A stretch of DNA of 64,000 nt from an uncultured Candidatus Saccharibacteria bacterium (GCA_964391975.1 CAYMNZ010000001.1:262978-326977), one strand, 5' to 3'; shown: positions 41,487 through 51,336, numbered from the stretch's first letter. The notes: generated by a model not told the origin, from the sequence alone. Made by a program: numbers and translations.

Positions 41487-42368
41487 ATGGATGAACTCAA
41501 AAAAGGAACACTGCTAAACGAAGGAAAGACCAAAAAGATTTTTGCGGTCGAAGGTAACCCAACGCGGGTTATCGTTGAATACAAGAATGCAATTACTGCG
41601 TTTGATGACCCTTCCTTTACTCAGGAATTCGCTACTAAGGCGAAGTATTCCAATACCACTACCTCTCGCGCGTTTGAGCTTCTGAATGCTGCTGGAGTAC
41701 CAACTTCCTACGTGCGACAACTCAATGATACTGATTTCCTTGCGCTTTCCTGCCAGATGATTCCGCTTGAGGTGGTAGCTCGCCGGTATGCATTTGGAAG
41801 TTATCTGAAGCGCATGCCAGAGTTTGCAGTGGCAGAAGGGCAGCCACCCCACCGCTTCGACCCACCAGTCGTTGAGTTCTTCCTCAAGACCACTAAAGGG
41901 GGCTTGAGCGACAACGAAGGGAACGTGCTTGTTGAAGGACTCGATCCACTCAAGGGCGAGGAGGATCCATTCATTGAGAATCCGAAGGAGAGCCAGTGGC
42001 GCCTCATGCATCCAAAGACACCAGGCGCTGACCAAGCAGCTTCACTCAATCGCACCATTGATGCATCCCGCGTGCTCGGTCCTGCAACGATTGAAGAGAT
42101 GGAAGCAGCTACCGTACAGACCCTTCTCACACTTGAAGCATTCTTTGCCAAGCATGACTTCAAGCTCATTGATTTCAAGATTGAGTTTGGTCTCACCACA
42201 GACAACAAAGTGGTAGTTTCAGACGTTATTGATAATGATAGCTGGCGCCTCAGAGACCAGAACTGGAAAGACGTAAGCAAGCAGTCATTCCGCGATGGTG
42301 AAGCAATGTCTTCGATTGAAGACAAATACGCGCAGGTAGCCGCACTTATGGAGACGTCAAAATCATGA
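41487..42368 (+). CDS. purC: SAICAR synthetase
   Basis: GKTKKIF and the PurC ATP-binding pattern. Confidence 0.88.
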   Translation: MDELKKGTLLNEGKTKKIFAVEGNPTRVIVEYKNAITAFDDPSFTQEFATKAKYSNTTTSRAFELLNAAGVPTSYVRQLNDTDFLALSCQMIPLEVVARRYAFGSYLKRMPEFAVAEGQPPHRFDPPVVEFFLKTTKGGLSDNEGNVLVEGLDPLKGEEDPFIENPKESQWRLMHPKTPGADQAASLNRTIDASRVLGPATIEEMEAATVQTLLTLEAFFAKHDFKLIDFKIEFGLTTDNKVVVSDVIDNDSWRLRDQNWKDVSKQSFRDGEAMSSIEDKYAQVAALMETSKS

Positions 42369-43753
42369 AGGAACTTACCGCGATAAGCCCGCTTGATGGC
42401 CGCTACTCGGGAAGTGTTTCTGAACTCTCTCCCTTAGTGAGTGAATACGGCCTCATCCGCTATCGCGTGTTTGTTGAGTGCGAATACTTCAAAGCACTTG
42501 CAAAGGTTCCGGAGCTCGGCTTCACTCTTTCGAAAGAGGAGATTGCACTCATTGACGGCATAGCTAATGCAACAGAGGAAGATGCGGCAGTTGTGAAGCA
42601 GATTGAGACTGCCGGCTACGAAGGCATCCCAGCTACCCGCCACGATGTAAAAGCAGTGGAGTACCTCATTAAAGGGAAACTCAAGGGCACGTCTCTTGAA
42701 GCAAAGAGCGAATGGGTGCATTTCGGACTTACGTCTGAGGATGTAAACAACCTCTCCTATGCGCTCATGATTTCGGATTCTCTAGAGCGCGTGCTCGCAC
42801 CTAGAATTGAAACGATTCTCTTTGAATTGAATCGCATGGCACAGTCGCATGCATCAGTTTCAATGCTCGCTCGAACGCATGGTCAGCCTGCAACTCCCAC
42901 AACCTTTGGAAAGGAAATGAAGGTCTTTGCTGCACGCATTGAGCGTAGACTCGCTGGCCTCAAGAGCATTAAGATTCAGGCAAAGCTCAACGGAGCATCA
43001 GGGAACTGGAACGCACACGTGGTTGCGTTTCCTTCGGTTGATTGGACGAAGTTCACGACTCAATTTATTGAGGGCTTTAATACAGGCCGTACCTACGGAC
43101 TTGAGGCGAACCTCTACACCACGCAGATTGAATGCCACGACAGCTATGTGGCGGTCTTTGATACCTTGAGACGAGTTAACACCATCCTTATAGGTTTTGA
43201 TCAAGATATTTGGCGCTATGTTTCAGACGGCTGGATTACGCAGGTAGCAAAGGCTGGAGAGATTGGCTCGTCCGCTATGCCACACAAGGTTAACCCCATT
43301 GATTTTGAAAATAGCGAAGGGAACTTGGGGGTAGCCAATGCACTCTTTGAACACTTTGCCCGCAAGCTTCCTATTTCTCGCCTCCAGCGAGACCTTTCTG
43401 ATTCCACAGTGGAGCGTAACTTTGGTGTGGCGTTTGCCCACACACTCATGGGCTACGAATCCATTCTTAAAGGCCTCGCCCGCATTGAGCCTGATGCTGC
43501 AAAGATACGAGTCGCTCTTGATGAGCACCCAGAGGTCCTTGCTGAGGCTATACAGACCGTACTGCGTCGTGAAGGACAGGCTGGTGCCTACGAGAAGCTT
43601 AAAGAGCTTACGCGCGGTGCGTCTCTCACCATTGATGACATTCGCACCTTTATTTGGGAGCTCCCGCTTTCAGAGAAGGTGAAGAACGAGCTTATTGCGC
43701 TTACGCCCGCCTCCTACATCGGACTCGCTGAGAAACTAGCCCGAGGCGAGTAA
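42365..43753 (+). CDS. purB: adenylosuccinate lyase
   Basis: ISPLDGRY N-terminus and fumarate-lyase signature region GSSAMPHKVNP. Confidence 0.9.
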   Translation: MKELTAISPLDGRYSGSVSELSPLVSEYGLIRYRVFVECEYFKALAKVPELGFTLSKEEIALIDGIANATEEDAAVVKQIETAGYEGIPATRHDVKAVEYLIKGKLKGTSLEAKSEWVHFGLTSEDVNNLSYALMISDSLERVLAPRIETILFELNRMAQSHASVSMLARTHGQPATPTTFGKEMKVFAARIERRLAGLKSIKIQAKLNGASGNWNAHVVAFPSVDWTKFTTQFIEGFNTGRTYGLEANLYTTQIECHDSYVAVFDTLRRVNTILIGFDQDIWRYVSDGWITQVAKAGEIGSSAMPHKVNPIDFENSEGNLGVANALFEHFARKLPISRLQRDLSDSTVERNFGVAFAHTLMGYESILKGLARIEPDAAKIRVALDEHPEVLAEAIQTVLRREGQAGAYEKLKELTRGASLTIDDIRTFIWELPLSEKVKNELIALTPASYIGLAEKLARGE

Positions 43754-43772
43754 GCTGGGGTATAGTCGTTCA

Positions 43773-44792
43773 ATGAACGTATTCGTCGGCCTCTCAGGCG
43801 GCGTGGACTCCGCTGTTTCTGCAGCTCTTTTGAAGAAAGAGGGGCACGCAGTTACCGGTGTATTTATTAAGGGATGGTACCCACCGGGGCTTGCCTGCAC
43901 CTGGGCCGAGGACCGTAGAGACGCAATGCGGGTTGCGGCAAAGCTCCGTGTTCCGTTTGTAACACTTGATGCTTCGAGCGAATACAAGAAGGGTGTTATT
44001 GATTACTTGCTTGCTGAATACGAGGCGGGGAGGACACCCAATCCGGATGTTATGTGCAACCGGGACGTGAAGTTCGGTGCGTTTTACGAGTTTGCTCGCA
44101 AAGAAGGAGCGGACATGATTGCCACTGGGCACTATGCGAGGGCACAGGACAGAAAACTCTACCGTGGCGTTGACCCCGCCAAGGACCAAAGCTATTTCCT
44201 CTGGGCGATATCCAGGGACGCACTTGCCCACACATTATTTCCGCTTGGGGGATTCAAGAAGGAGAAGACACGCGAGCTGGCACGGAAGTTTGCACTTCCG
44301 GTGGCAACAAAGCGAGATAGTCAGGGCATCTGTTTTCTTGGAAGCATTTCAGTTGAGGAATTCTTGCGTTCTGAGTTTGGAGAGGCACCAGGTACTGCGG
44401 TCGATGAGAGCGGAAAAGAAATAGGAGGGCACAACGGTGCTTTGCTCCATACGATTGGAGAACGAGTATCGCTTAGAGAAGCACCTTCCGGTCCTTGGTA
44501 TGTGGTGCGTAAGAGCGTAAAAGAGAACCTTCTGGTGGTTGCTAAGGAACGCAGGACAAAGGTTCTGACCAAATCCATCCCGTTCTCAGGACCGAATTGG
44601 CTTACCGATGATATTCCTGATGGAAAACTCGTAGCGCAATATCGCTATCATGGTTCGGTGATTGAAGGGACACTTAATGCAACCGGGACGGCGTTTCTTC
44701 CTACACATCCGCTCCCTGACGCGCTTGCGAACGGGCAGTCGCTTGTGTTCTACCGAGGAGAGGAGTGTCTTGGGGGTGGTATCATTGGGTAA
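43773..44792 (+). CDS. mnmA: tRNA 2-thiouridine(34) synthase MnmA
   Basis: PP-loop GLSGGVDS and the MnmA fold. Confidence 0.88.
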   Translation: MNVFVGLSGGVDSAVSAALLKKEGHAVTGVFIKGWYPPGLACTWAEDRRDAMRVAAKLRVPFVTLDASSEYKKGVIDYLLAEYEAGRTPNPDVMCNRDVKFGAFYEFARKEGADMIATGHYARAQDRKLYRGVDPAKDQSYFLWAISRDALAHTLFPLGGFKKEKTRELARKFALPVATKRDSQGICFLGSISVEEFLRSEFGEAPGTAVDESGKEIGGHNGALLHTIGERVSLREAPSGPWYVVRKSVKENLLVVAKERRTKVLTKSIPFSGPNWLTDDIPDGKLVAQYRYHGSVIEGTLNATGTAFLPTHPLPDALANGQSLVFYRGEECLGGGIIG

Positions 44793-44794
44793 AT

Positions 44795-45181
44795 ATGCGC
44801 GTTGCAGTATCCATTGCGCTCAGTGTTTTTGTACTCATTGGTGTAGCGTATCTGGCGCTGCATGTTGAGTCTTCAATTGCAAAAGACGAGTACGTAAAGG
44901 TGGAGGCGCCACAGGTTACGCTTCTAAGCGACTACGACGAAGGAATCCACACCATTGCTGGGTCACTCCGGGTGCCAACTCCCTGCACGCCGGTTTCTGC
45001 AGCCTCTGTCCTTACTGCAGACGGCACCATACGTGTAGACGTCACCGTTGGTGAAGACACAGATATCTGCCTTATGCGTGCGACCGAGAAGGAATTTTCC
45101 GTAGATTTTGAGGCGCCTGAAGAGGCTACTATCGCAGTGTATGTAAACGAAGCGAAGGCAGTTATCGTTGAAATCCTATGA
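44795..45181 (+). CDS. hypothetical membrane-anchored protein
   Basis: Start moved to the internal Met to avoid overlap with mnmA. N-terminal TM helix. Confidence 0.35.
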   Translation: MRVAVSIALSVFVLIGVAYLALHVESSIAKDEYVKVEAPQVTLLSDYDEGIHTIAGSLRVPTPCTPVSAASVLTADGTIRVDVTVGEDTDICLMRATEKEFSVDFEAPEEATIAVYVNEAKAVIVEIL

Positions 45182-46008
45182 CGGACATTGTTAAAGCAGA
45201 CGGCACCACAGAGTCTTTTGATGGAGTGAAGCTCGAGGCGTCGTTACGGCGTGTCGGAGCAGGTGACCACACTGCCAAACGCATTCGACAGACGATCCAG
45301 GATTCTATTGCGCCAGCTTCAACGACTGATGAAATTTACCGACGGGCTATCACTATGCTTAAGCACGAGGCGAGGCCTGCGGCAGCACGCTACAGTCTTC
45401 GTCGAGCGCTCTTTGAGTTTGGTCCTTCGGGACATCCCTTTGAAGACTTCGTCGCAGAGATATTCAAGAGTGAGGGATGGGAAGTGGAGTGGAGGAAACT
45501 GGTGCCAGGAAAATGCGTGATGCACGAGGTGGATGTCTATGCGCATCGTAACGGCGAAAACCTTGCTGCTGAGCTTAAGTATCACAATGACCCTTCGTAC
45601 AAGACTGATGTGAAGGTCGCCCTCTATGTGAAGGCACGTTTTGACGATATTTCAGCTGCGAGCGCGGCAGATGGAACCACTGCACGTATTGATAAAGGCT
45701 ACCTCATCACCAATACCAAGTTCACCGACCAAGCTATTCAGTTCGCACGGTGCGCCAATATCGGTCTTATGGGCTGGAGCTACCCAACTGAAGGGAACCT
45801 TTATGACCGTATTATCGCCTCTGGCATCTACCCGGTGACCGCCCTTATGAGCCTTCGTAAGGCTGAGAAGAAGCTCCTTATCGACCGAGGCATCGTGACC
45901 TGTAACCAGTTGCGCGAGTCTCGCGACCAGCTGCGCACCCTTATGATTCCGCCCGAGCGCATTGGGGGGATAGTGGCTGAACTAGAGGTGCTCTGCGCTC
46001 CTGTATAA
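45178..46008 (+). CDS. ATP-cone domain protein fused to an Mrr-like (PD-(D/E)xK) restriction endonuclease domain
   Basis: The N-terminus IVKADGTTESFDGVKL...RYSLRRAL fits the ATP-cone. The C-terminus FEDFVAEIFKSEGWEV...VDVYA...AAELKY fits the Mrr catalytic core (D...ELK). Confidence 0.6.
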   Translation: MTDIVKADGTTESFDGVKLEASLRRVGAGDHTAKRIRQTIQDSIAPASTTDEIYRRAITMLKHEARPAAARYSLRRALFEFGPSGHPFEDFVAEIFKSEGWEVEWRKLVPGKCVMHEVDVYAHRNGENLAAELKYHNDPSYKTDVKVALYVKARFDDISAASAADGTTARIDKGYLITNTKFTDQAIQFARCANIGLMGWSYPTEGNLYDRIIASGIYPVTALMSLRKAEKKLLIDRGIVTCNQLRESRDQLRTLMIPPERIGGIVAELEVLCAPV

Positions 46009-46016
46009 TAGGGCGT

Positions 46017-46799
46017 ATGGCTTGGAAATCCCCTACGTTTGACCCGAAAGCAAAAGAGCCGTTTAAGATAAGCCGCTCCAAGATTGATATGTTCACCGAG
46101 TGCCCTCGGTGTTCGTATTTAGACTTGCGACTTGGTGTGAAGCGCCCCAGCATGCCGTCCTTTACCCTCAACAATGCGGTGGACGAGCTCTTTAAGCGTG
46201 AGTTTGATATCAACCGCGCTGACGCAACTACGCATCCGCTCATGAAGGAGTACGGGGTTGATGCAGTTCCGTTTCAGGACCCACGCATGGAAGAGTGGCG
46301 CGATGCGCTTCGTCGCGGTATCGCCACCCACCATGAGCCCTCCAACTTCTATGTGCGTGGAGGTATCGACGATGTGTGGATTAATCCAGCAGGGGAACTC
46401 ATTATCGTCGATTACAAAGCGACCTCTAAACAAAAAGGTCCATCCTCTGTTGATGACCTCTACGATTCCTATAAGAAACAGATGGAGGTGTACCAGTGGC
46501 TCTTTAAGCAAAATGGTTTCAAGGTCTCTCCGACCGGCTACTTCGTCTACGCCAACGGTAAATCCGACATGAAAGCCTTTGATGCAAAGCTTGAGTTCGA
46601 TATCTGCCTCATTGCGTACACTGGGGATGATTCATGGGTTGAACCAACACTTATCCGTATGCGGGAGACGCTTTCGAGTGACGAGATTCCTCCTGTCGGC
46701 ATTTCCTTTGGTGGTGGTCCCTGCGAGTTCTGCACCTACCGAGACGCAGCTGGGAAGATTTTGCTCCAACTCCATACCGCCAACAAGAAAAAGAAGTGA
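46017..46799 (+). CDS. Cas4/RecB-like PD-(D/E)xK nuclease with four Cys (putative Fe-S or Zn site)
   Basis: GGIDDV...IIVDYKAT...QMEVYQWLF (QhxxY motif). N-terminal CPRC and C-terminal CEFC cysteine pairs. Confidence 0.6.
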   Translation: MAWKSPTFDPKAKEPFKISRSKIDMFTECPRCSYLDLRLGVKRPSMPSFTLNNAVDELFKREFDINRADATTHPLMKEYGVDAVPFQDPRMEEWRDALRRGIATHHEPSNFYVRGGIDDVWINPAGELIIVDYKATSKQKGPSSVDDLYDSYKKQMEVYQWLFKQNGFKVSPTGYFVYANGKSDMKAFDAKLEFDICLIAYTGDDSWVEPTLIRMRETLSSDEIPPVGISFGGGPCEFCTYRDAAGKILLQLHTANKKKK

Positions 46800-46818
46800 T
46801 TTGGTATACTGTGCGTAT

Positions 46819-47076
46819 ATGAAAACAGTGTTTACCGGACGGGTACAATCCATCGTTCGCAACATTAAAAAGGGAAAAACCATGACCTATGGTCAGGTCG
46901 CAGCGGCCGCAGGAAAGCCAGGAGCAGCACGAGCAGTTGGCACTATCATGAAGAACAACACGGATAAGGAGATGCCGTGCCATCGTGTGGTGCGTGCAGA
47001 CGGAAAGGCGACTGGGTACAACGGCATCAATGGTCCAAGCCGTGAGGAGCTTCTACGTCGCGAAGGCGCACTCTAA
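46819..47076 (+). CDS. MGMT-family DNA-binding/methyltransferase domain protein (stand-alone C-terminal domain)
   Basis: YGQVA...PGAARAVG...PCHRVV is the O6-alkylguanine alkyltransferase active-site region. Start moved to ATG 46819, giving 85 aa. Confidence 0.6.
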   Translation: MKTVFTGRVQSIVRNIKKGKTMTYGQVAAAAGKPGAARAVGTIMKNNTDKEMPCHRVVRADGKATGYNGINGPSREELLRREGAL

Positions 47077-47079
47077 CCT

Positions 47080-47394
47080 ATGAGTAACCGGGAGCGGAGG
47101 ATACAAGAAATCGCCAACGCCAAAGGTCGCGAAGAGTACAAACTCTGGAGCTCTCCTTCTGGACTTCTGGTGAAGGTCTCTTCAATTGCTGGAGGGAGGT
47201 TCGAACACGTTGTAAATCGTGTCATCGCAGAATCTCCCGACGGCGCTAAGCTTCCGCATACAGGAAAAGATACGCTCTACTACCCACCAAAAACACTGAA
47301 TCTCATTCTCAGGGAGATTTTGAACGAATCGATTCCTCCCAAGAACCGACAGAACATTGAGATTTTTCTTACAGAAAAAGGAGAGCCACTGTAA
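47080..47394 (+). CDS. hypothetical protein
   Basis: 104 aa ORF packed between the MGMT-like gene and ung. Confidence 0.35.
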   Translation: MSNRERRIQEIANAKGREEYKLWSSPSGLLVKVSSIAGGRFEHVVNRVIAESPDGAKLPHTGKDTLYYPPKTLNLILREILNESIPPKNRQNIEIFLTEKGEPL

Positions 47395-47396
47395 GC

Positions 47397-48065
47397 ATGG
47401 AAGTTACGATTGAGCCGTCGTGGAAGGAGAAACTTAAAGAAGAGTTTACTAAACCCTACTTCGCCGAGTTGCGCACGTTTGTGCGAGAAGCCTACACGTC
47501 GAGAACTATTTACCCTGCACCGAAGAATGTGTTCCGGGCCTTCGACCTCACTCCCTTTGAAAAGGTGAAAGTCGTCATTCTTGGCCAAGACCCTTACCAC
47601 GGACCTAAGCAGGCAATTGGACTTTCTTTTGCGGTGTCTGAAGGAGTGCGCAATCCTCCGTCACTGCAGAATATCTTTAAAGAAGTTGCAGCAGACTTGG
47701 GGAAGCCGCTCGTACATACGGACGGAGACCTTGGCCGTTGGGCAGAACAGGGAGTGTTGCTTTTAAACGCTACCTTGACCGTCGAGGCACAGCGAGCGGG
47801 TTCTCATCAAGGACGAGGTTGGGAGCAGTTTACCGATGCGGTCATTCGAAAACTTTCAGAAGAGCGCGAACACCTCGTGTTCATCCTCTGGGGCAACTAC
47901 GCCAAGGCAAAAGGTGCACACATCGATAGAGAAAAGCATCTGGTTATTGAATCCCCGCACCCATCTCCATTTGCAGCACACGGAGGATTCTTTGGTAGCA
48001 AGCCGTTTAGCAAGGCGAACGCGTACCTTGTTGCACATGGGCAGGAACCCATCAATTGGCTCTAG
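47397..48065 (+). CDS. ung: uracil-DNA glycosylase (family 1)
   Basis: GQDPYH water-activating motif and the HPSPF-like C-terminal motif. Confidence 0.9.
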   Translation: MEVTIEPSWKEKLKEEFTKPYFAELRTFVREAYTSRTIYPAPKNVFRAFDLTPFEKVKVVILGQDPYHGPKQAIGLSFAVSEGVRNPPSLQNIFKEVAADLGKPLVHTDGDLGRWAEQGVLLLNATLTVEAQRAGSHQGRGWEQFTDAVIRKLSEEREHLVFILWGNYAKAKGAHIDREKHLVIESPHPSPFAAHGGFFGSKPFSKANAYLVAHGQEPINWL

Positions 48066-50033
48066 CTACCAAATGCGAGCACGGTCCTTAGAAGCTCGGA
48101 AGAGACCGTCGCCTTTCTCGACATCAAAGGCAGTGTAGAAGTCATCGATGTTTGAGAGCGGTCCATTGATGCGGAACTTTGCAGGGGAGTGCGGGTCCGT
48201 AAGTGCCGCTGTCTTCTGAAAGGCGGGGCGTGCATTCTCCCTATCAAAGAGCGTGACACCCAGGAAGAAGCGTTGCTCGGGGGTATAGCCACCGATAACC
48301 TTCCAGCCTGTTTTCTTGAGACGGAGCTTATAAGCGTCAAAGGAGATAGCGATGCCGCCGAGGTCCGCAATATTCTCGCCGAGGGTTAACTTGCCGTTGA
48401 CTTTCACCCCATCAGCAACGCTGTAGCGGTTGAACTGGTCGACGAGTAGTTTGGATTTCTTCTCAAAGCGAGCACGGTCTTTCTTGGTCCACCAGCTCTT
48501 AAGGTTGCCTTTCTCGTCATACTTGGAGCCCTGGTCATCAAAGCCGTGGGTAATTTCATGACCGATAACTGAACCAATGGAGCCGTAGTTAACCGCGTCA
48601 TCTGCTTTTGGGTCAAAGAAGGGTGGCTGGAGAATGGCGGCAGGGAAGGCGATGTCGTTGAGGTTGGGGGCGAAGTAGGCGTTCACCGTCTGTGGGAACA
48701 TGAACCATTCAGTGCGGTCAATCGGCTTGGTGAGCTTGCGCATCTCGCGCTTGTGCACGAATTCAGAGACTCGTAGCAGGTTACCTACGTATTCATTCGG
48801 TAGCACAGAAAGACCCTTATAACTCTTCCACTTGTCAGGGTAGCCAATCTTGCGGTTAAGTGCGCGAAGCTTAATGAGTGCCTTCTTCTTCGTTGCAGGG
48901 CTCATCCAGTCGAGGTTCTTAAGCCGTGCTTTGTAGGCGGTAAAGAGGTCATCAACGAGGATATTCATCTTTCGCTTTGCCACAGGACTGAAGTGCTTCT
49001 TTACGTAGATGCGACCAAGGAGCTCACCTAGATTTCCGTTGACGCAGCCGAGTACCTGGCGCCACAAAGGCTTCATGACCTTCATGCCGGAAAGCACCGT
49101 GCCATAGAAGGCAAAGTTCTGCTTAACAAAAGGTTCTGAGAGAGCACCTGCGAAATCGTTGAGCACATGCCAGGTGAAGTACGTGCGCCAGTCTTCAATA
49201 GGAACCGTGACGAGCATTTTACCAACCGCCTTGAGAAACTGCGGCTGCATGGCGATAACGGCCTTTGTGTTCTTTGCATCAAGGCGCTCTAGGTACTCTT
49301 TCCAGACTATCTGCGGGGCGAGTTTCTGAAGTGCTCCAAGTGTTTTCTTGTGATAGACCTTGTCGGCGTCCCTGCGGTCGACCTTGGTCATGGAGACCTT
49401 AGCCAGTTCCGTCTCAATGCGCATCACTGTTGCCGCTGCTTTTGCTGCGGGCTTTGGAGCAAGGCCTGCAAGTTGGAACATGGAAGTTACATGCGGTACG
49501 TATTTCTCCCGCACTCGCTTTGATTCTGTGTCGTCCTTGAGGTAGTAGTCGCGGTCGGGCATGCCAAGACCATCCTGGAAGAGGTGGATGATGTAGCGCT
49601 CGCTATCCTTTGAGTCCTGGTCTATGCCAGCACCGAAGAGTACGCCAACTCCTACACGATGGAGCTTGGCCATGGTGCGGAGCAGGTCTTCCTTTGTTTG
49701 CATGAACTTCACTTCTGCGAGCAGGGAAGCCAGAGGGGCGAGTCCAATGGCATTGCGATGCTTCTGGTCCATGCCGGAGCGATAGAAGTCCCGAATCATT
49801 TGCTCAGGGGAGCCCTTGGGGAGTGAGCGCTTCTTAAGAAGGCCTTCGAGTATGGCTTTGAGCTTCTTTTCCGTGTCGTAGCGGAGAATCATGAAGCTGC
49901 CCCAGCGTGCCTCTTCTTTAGGAATCGGGTTGCGCTCGAGCCAACCGCCAGAGGCGTGTTGGTAGAAGTCGTCTTGTGGACGTGTTTTTGGGTCTAAATC
50001 CTTAGAATTAAAGCCCCAGTTTCTTGAACTCAT
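48066..50033 (-). CDS. pepO: M13 family zinc metallopeptidase (PepO/neprilysin-like)
   Basis: HEITHGFD (HExxH) and an ENIAD-like second motif. 655 aa. Confidence 0.9.
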   Translation of the reverse strand: MSSRNWGFNSKDLDPKTRPQDDFYQHASGGWLERNPIPKEEARWGSFMILRYDTEKKLKAILEGLLKKRSLPKGSPEQMIRDFYRSGMDQKHRNAIGLAPLASLLAEVKFMQTKEDLLRTMAKLHRVGVGVLFGAGIDQDSKDSERYIIHLFQDGLGMPDRDYYLKDDTESKRVREKYVPHVTSMFQLAGLAPKPAAKAAATVMRIETELAKVSMTKVDRRDADKVYHKKTLGALQKLAPQIVWKEYLERLDAKNTKAVIAMQPQFLKAVGKMLVTVPIEDWRTYFTWHVLNDFAGALSEPFVKQNFAFYGTVLSGMKVMKPLWRQVLGCVNGNLGELLGRIYVKKHFSPVAKRKMNILVDDLFTAYKARLKNLDWMSPATKKKALIKLRALNRKIGYPDKWKSYKGLSVLPNEYVGNLLRVSEFVHKREMRKLTKPIDRTEWFMFPQTVNAYFAPNLNDIAFPAAILQPPFFDPKADDAVNYGSIGSVIGHEITHGFDDQGSKYDEKGNLKSWWTKKDRARFEKKSKLLVDQFNRYSVADGVKVNGKLTLGENIADLGGIAISFDAYKLRLKKTGWKVIGGYTPEQRFFLGVTLFDRENARPAFQKTAALTDPHSPAKFRINGPLSNIDDFYTAFDVEKGDGLFRASKDRARIW

Positions 50034-50074
50034 TGGGTGAAGTATAGCGTTCCCGAATCAGTGGCGCCATGTGG

Positions 50075-50108
50075 GTTCGAATCCTGGGCGGCCAGCAAGA
50101 GGTATACT
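50075..50108 (+). promoter_or_regulatory. degenerate copy (copy 0) of the repeated upstream motif plus TATACT
   Basis: GTTCGAATCCTGGGCGGCCAGC, then TATACT 6 nt before ATG 50115. Confidence 0.35.
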
Positions 50109-50114
50109 GTCGCT

Positions 50115-50456
50115 ATGAGCGATGAATGGCCGTCAGGGAAACCAAAAGTACCTGCAGGAGTGCAGGAAGGATATGACGCATTTATGCAAAACTCTCAAGA
50201 TGAGCTTAGAGAATTTATTACCAATATGGGCCACGGCTGGTACCGACTTATCATTGAATTTCGAAAAGTGGGAGAGAAAACCAGACTCGAGCATCTAGAT
50301 GCTGGCAGTTTGGATCATCTGTTTGAAGAGCTGAGAGACACTGAACTTGATGAAAGACTTGGTCGAACGCTTGCATATCTTCCAGATAGCAAATTGGATC
50401 AACTAATCTCATACATGGACCCGGCTATCAAGGCTCAGTACGGGTGGGCGAACTAA
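50115..50456 (+). CDS. hypothetical protein
   Basis: Start placed after the promoter-like motif. The track ORF from 50037 would contain the motif. No homology. Confidence 0.35.
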   Translation: MSDEWPSGKPKVPAGVQEGYDAFMQNSQDELREFITNMGHGWYRLIIEFRKVGEKTRLEHLDAGSLDHLFEELRDTELDERLGRTLAYLPDSKLDQLISYMDPAIKAQYGWAN

Positions 50457-50460
50457 GCGG

Positions 50461-50500
50461 GTTCCAACATCGTCCCAGACAGCCAGCGATACGTTAGAAT
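50461..50500 (+). promoter_or_regulatory. repeated upstream motif copy 1 plus TAGAAT -10
   Basis: GTTCCAACATCGTCCCAGACAGCCAGC, then TAGAAT 6 nt before ATG 50507. Confidence 0.55.
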
Positions 50501-50506
50501 ATTGAT

Positions 50507-50881
50507 ATGGCTGAACATATAGAAAGACACGCTTCCTCCTTCTTGTTCAGCGAAACACAAGAAGGAGATACCTTTCGATTCTCTTGCGAGCGTGAGGGAA
50601 AGAAGATTGCGGCCGCTTCCGCCACGCTCATCGGCGACAACTTATACGGTATCGGAGGCGTGTTTGTAGATCCGTCACGTCGCAATGAAGGCGTCGGCTC
50701 AAGTTTACTGAAACAAGTAAACGAATTTCTAAGAAGAAAGAAAGCAAGAGGCCGGTTAGTAAATACGGCCCAAGGAGACTCTGCCCGCTTATATGAAAGT
50801 AGTGGATGGAAGCGAGGCCAACACGCATCCCAGGGTGCATATGGCGGCTATGAATATACTTTTGATGGAACTGGCGCGTGA
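50507..50881 (+). CDS. GNAT family N-acetyltransferase
   Basis: GGVFVDPSRRNEGVGSSLL is GNAT motif A. Confidence 0.6.
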   Translation: MAEHIERHASSFLFSETQEGDTFRFSCEREGKKIAAASATLIGDNLYGIGGVFVDPSRRNEGVGSSLLKQVNEFLRRKKARGRLVNTAQGDSARLYESSGWKRGQHASQGAYGGYEYTFDGTGA

Positions 50882-50922
50882 GTTCCAACATTGTCCAAGA
50901 CAGCCAGCAACAATGTATAGTT
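50882..50922 (+). promoter_or_regulatory. repeated upstream motif copy 2 plus TATAGT -10
   Basis: GTTCCAACATTGTCCAAGACAGCCAGC begins 1 nt after the upstream stop. TATAGT follows. Confidence 0.55.
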
Positions 50923-51294
50923 ATGAGCATGAAGATTTACGTTGCCCATTCAAGTGGCTTCGACTTTCAGAAGGAGTTGTACAGCTCAATAAAAAACAGT
51001 GCGGCAGCACAGGAGCACACGTTTATATTTCCGCATGAAAACAGCTCCGAGCCTTTCAACTCGAAAGACCTTTTTGAGAACGAATGCGATCTAGTTCTTG
51101 CGGAAGTTTCGTATCCTTCGACAGGCCTTGGAATCGAGCTAGGGTGGGCGGAAATGCTCGGTATTCCTGTGGTCTGCATATACAAGACTGGCTCTAAAAT
51201 TTCTAATGCACTTACCAAAGTTTCAAAGACGTTTCTTGAGTATGGTGATGAGCAAGAGCTACAGAAGGCGATAGAGAAAGCAGTGAAGGCTTAA
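50923..51294 (+). CDS. nucleoside 2-deoxyribosyltransferase-like protein
   Basis: CDLVLAEVSYPSTGLGIELGWAEMLGIPVVCI matches the NDT-family core. Start at ATG 50923 or 50929. Confidence 0.5.
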   Translation: MSMKIYVAHSSGFDFQKELYSSIKNSAAAQEHTFIFPHENSSEPFNSKDLFENECDLVLAEVSYPSTGLGIELGWAEMLGIPVVCIYKTGSKISNALTKVSKTFLEYGDEQELQKAIEKAVKA

Positions 51295-51298
51295 AAAG

Positions 51299-51336
51299 GT
51301 TCCAACATCGTCCAGACAGTCAGCCGATGTTATATT
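51299..51336 (+). promoter_or_regulatory. repeated upstream motif copy 3 plus TATATT -10
   Basis: GTTCCAACATCGTCCAGACAGTCAGC (one deletion), then TATATT 6 nt before ATG 51343. Confidence 0.55.

Noticed and set aside
50073-50085. GGGTTCGAATCC resembling a tRNA T-arm upstream of 50115
   Set aside because: The flanks cannot form a T-stem or acceptor stem. It is more parsimoniously a degenerate copy of the 27 nt upstream motif.
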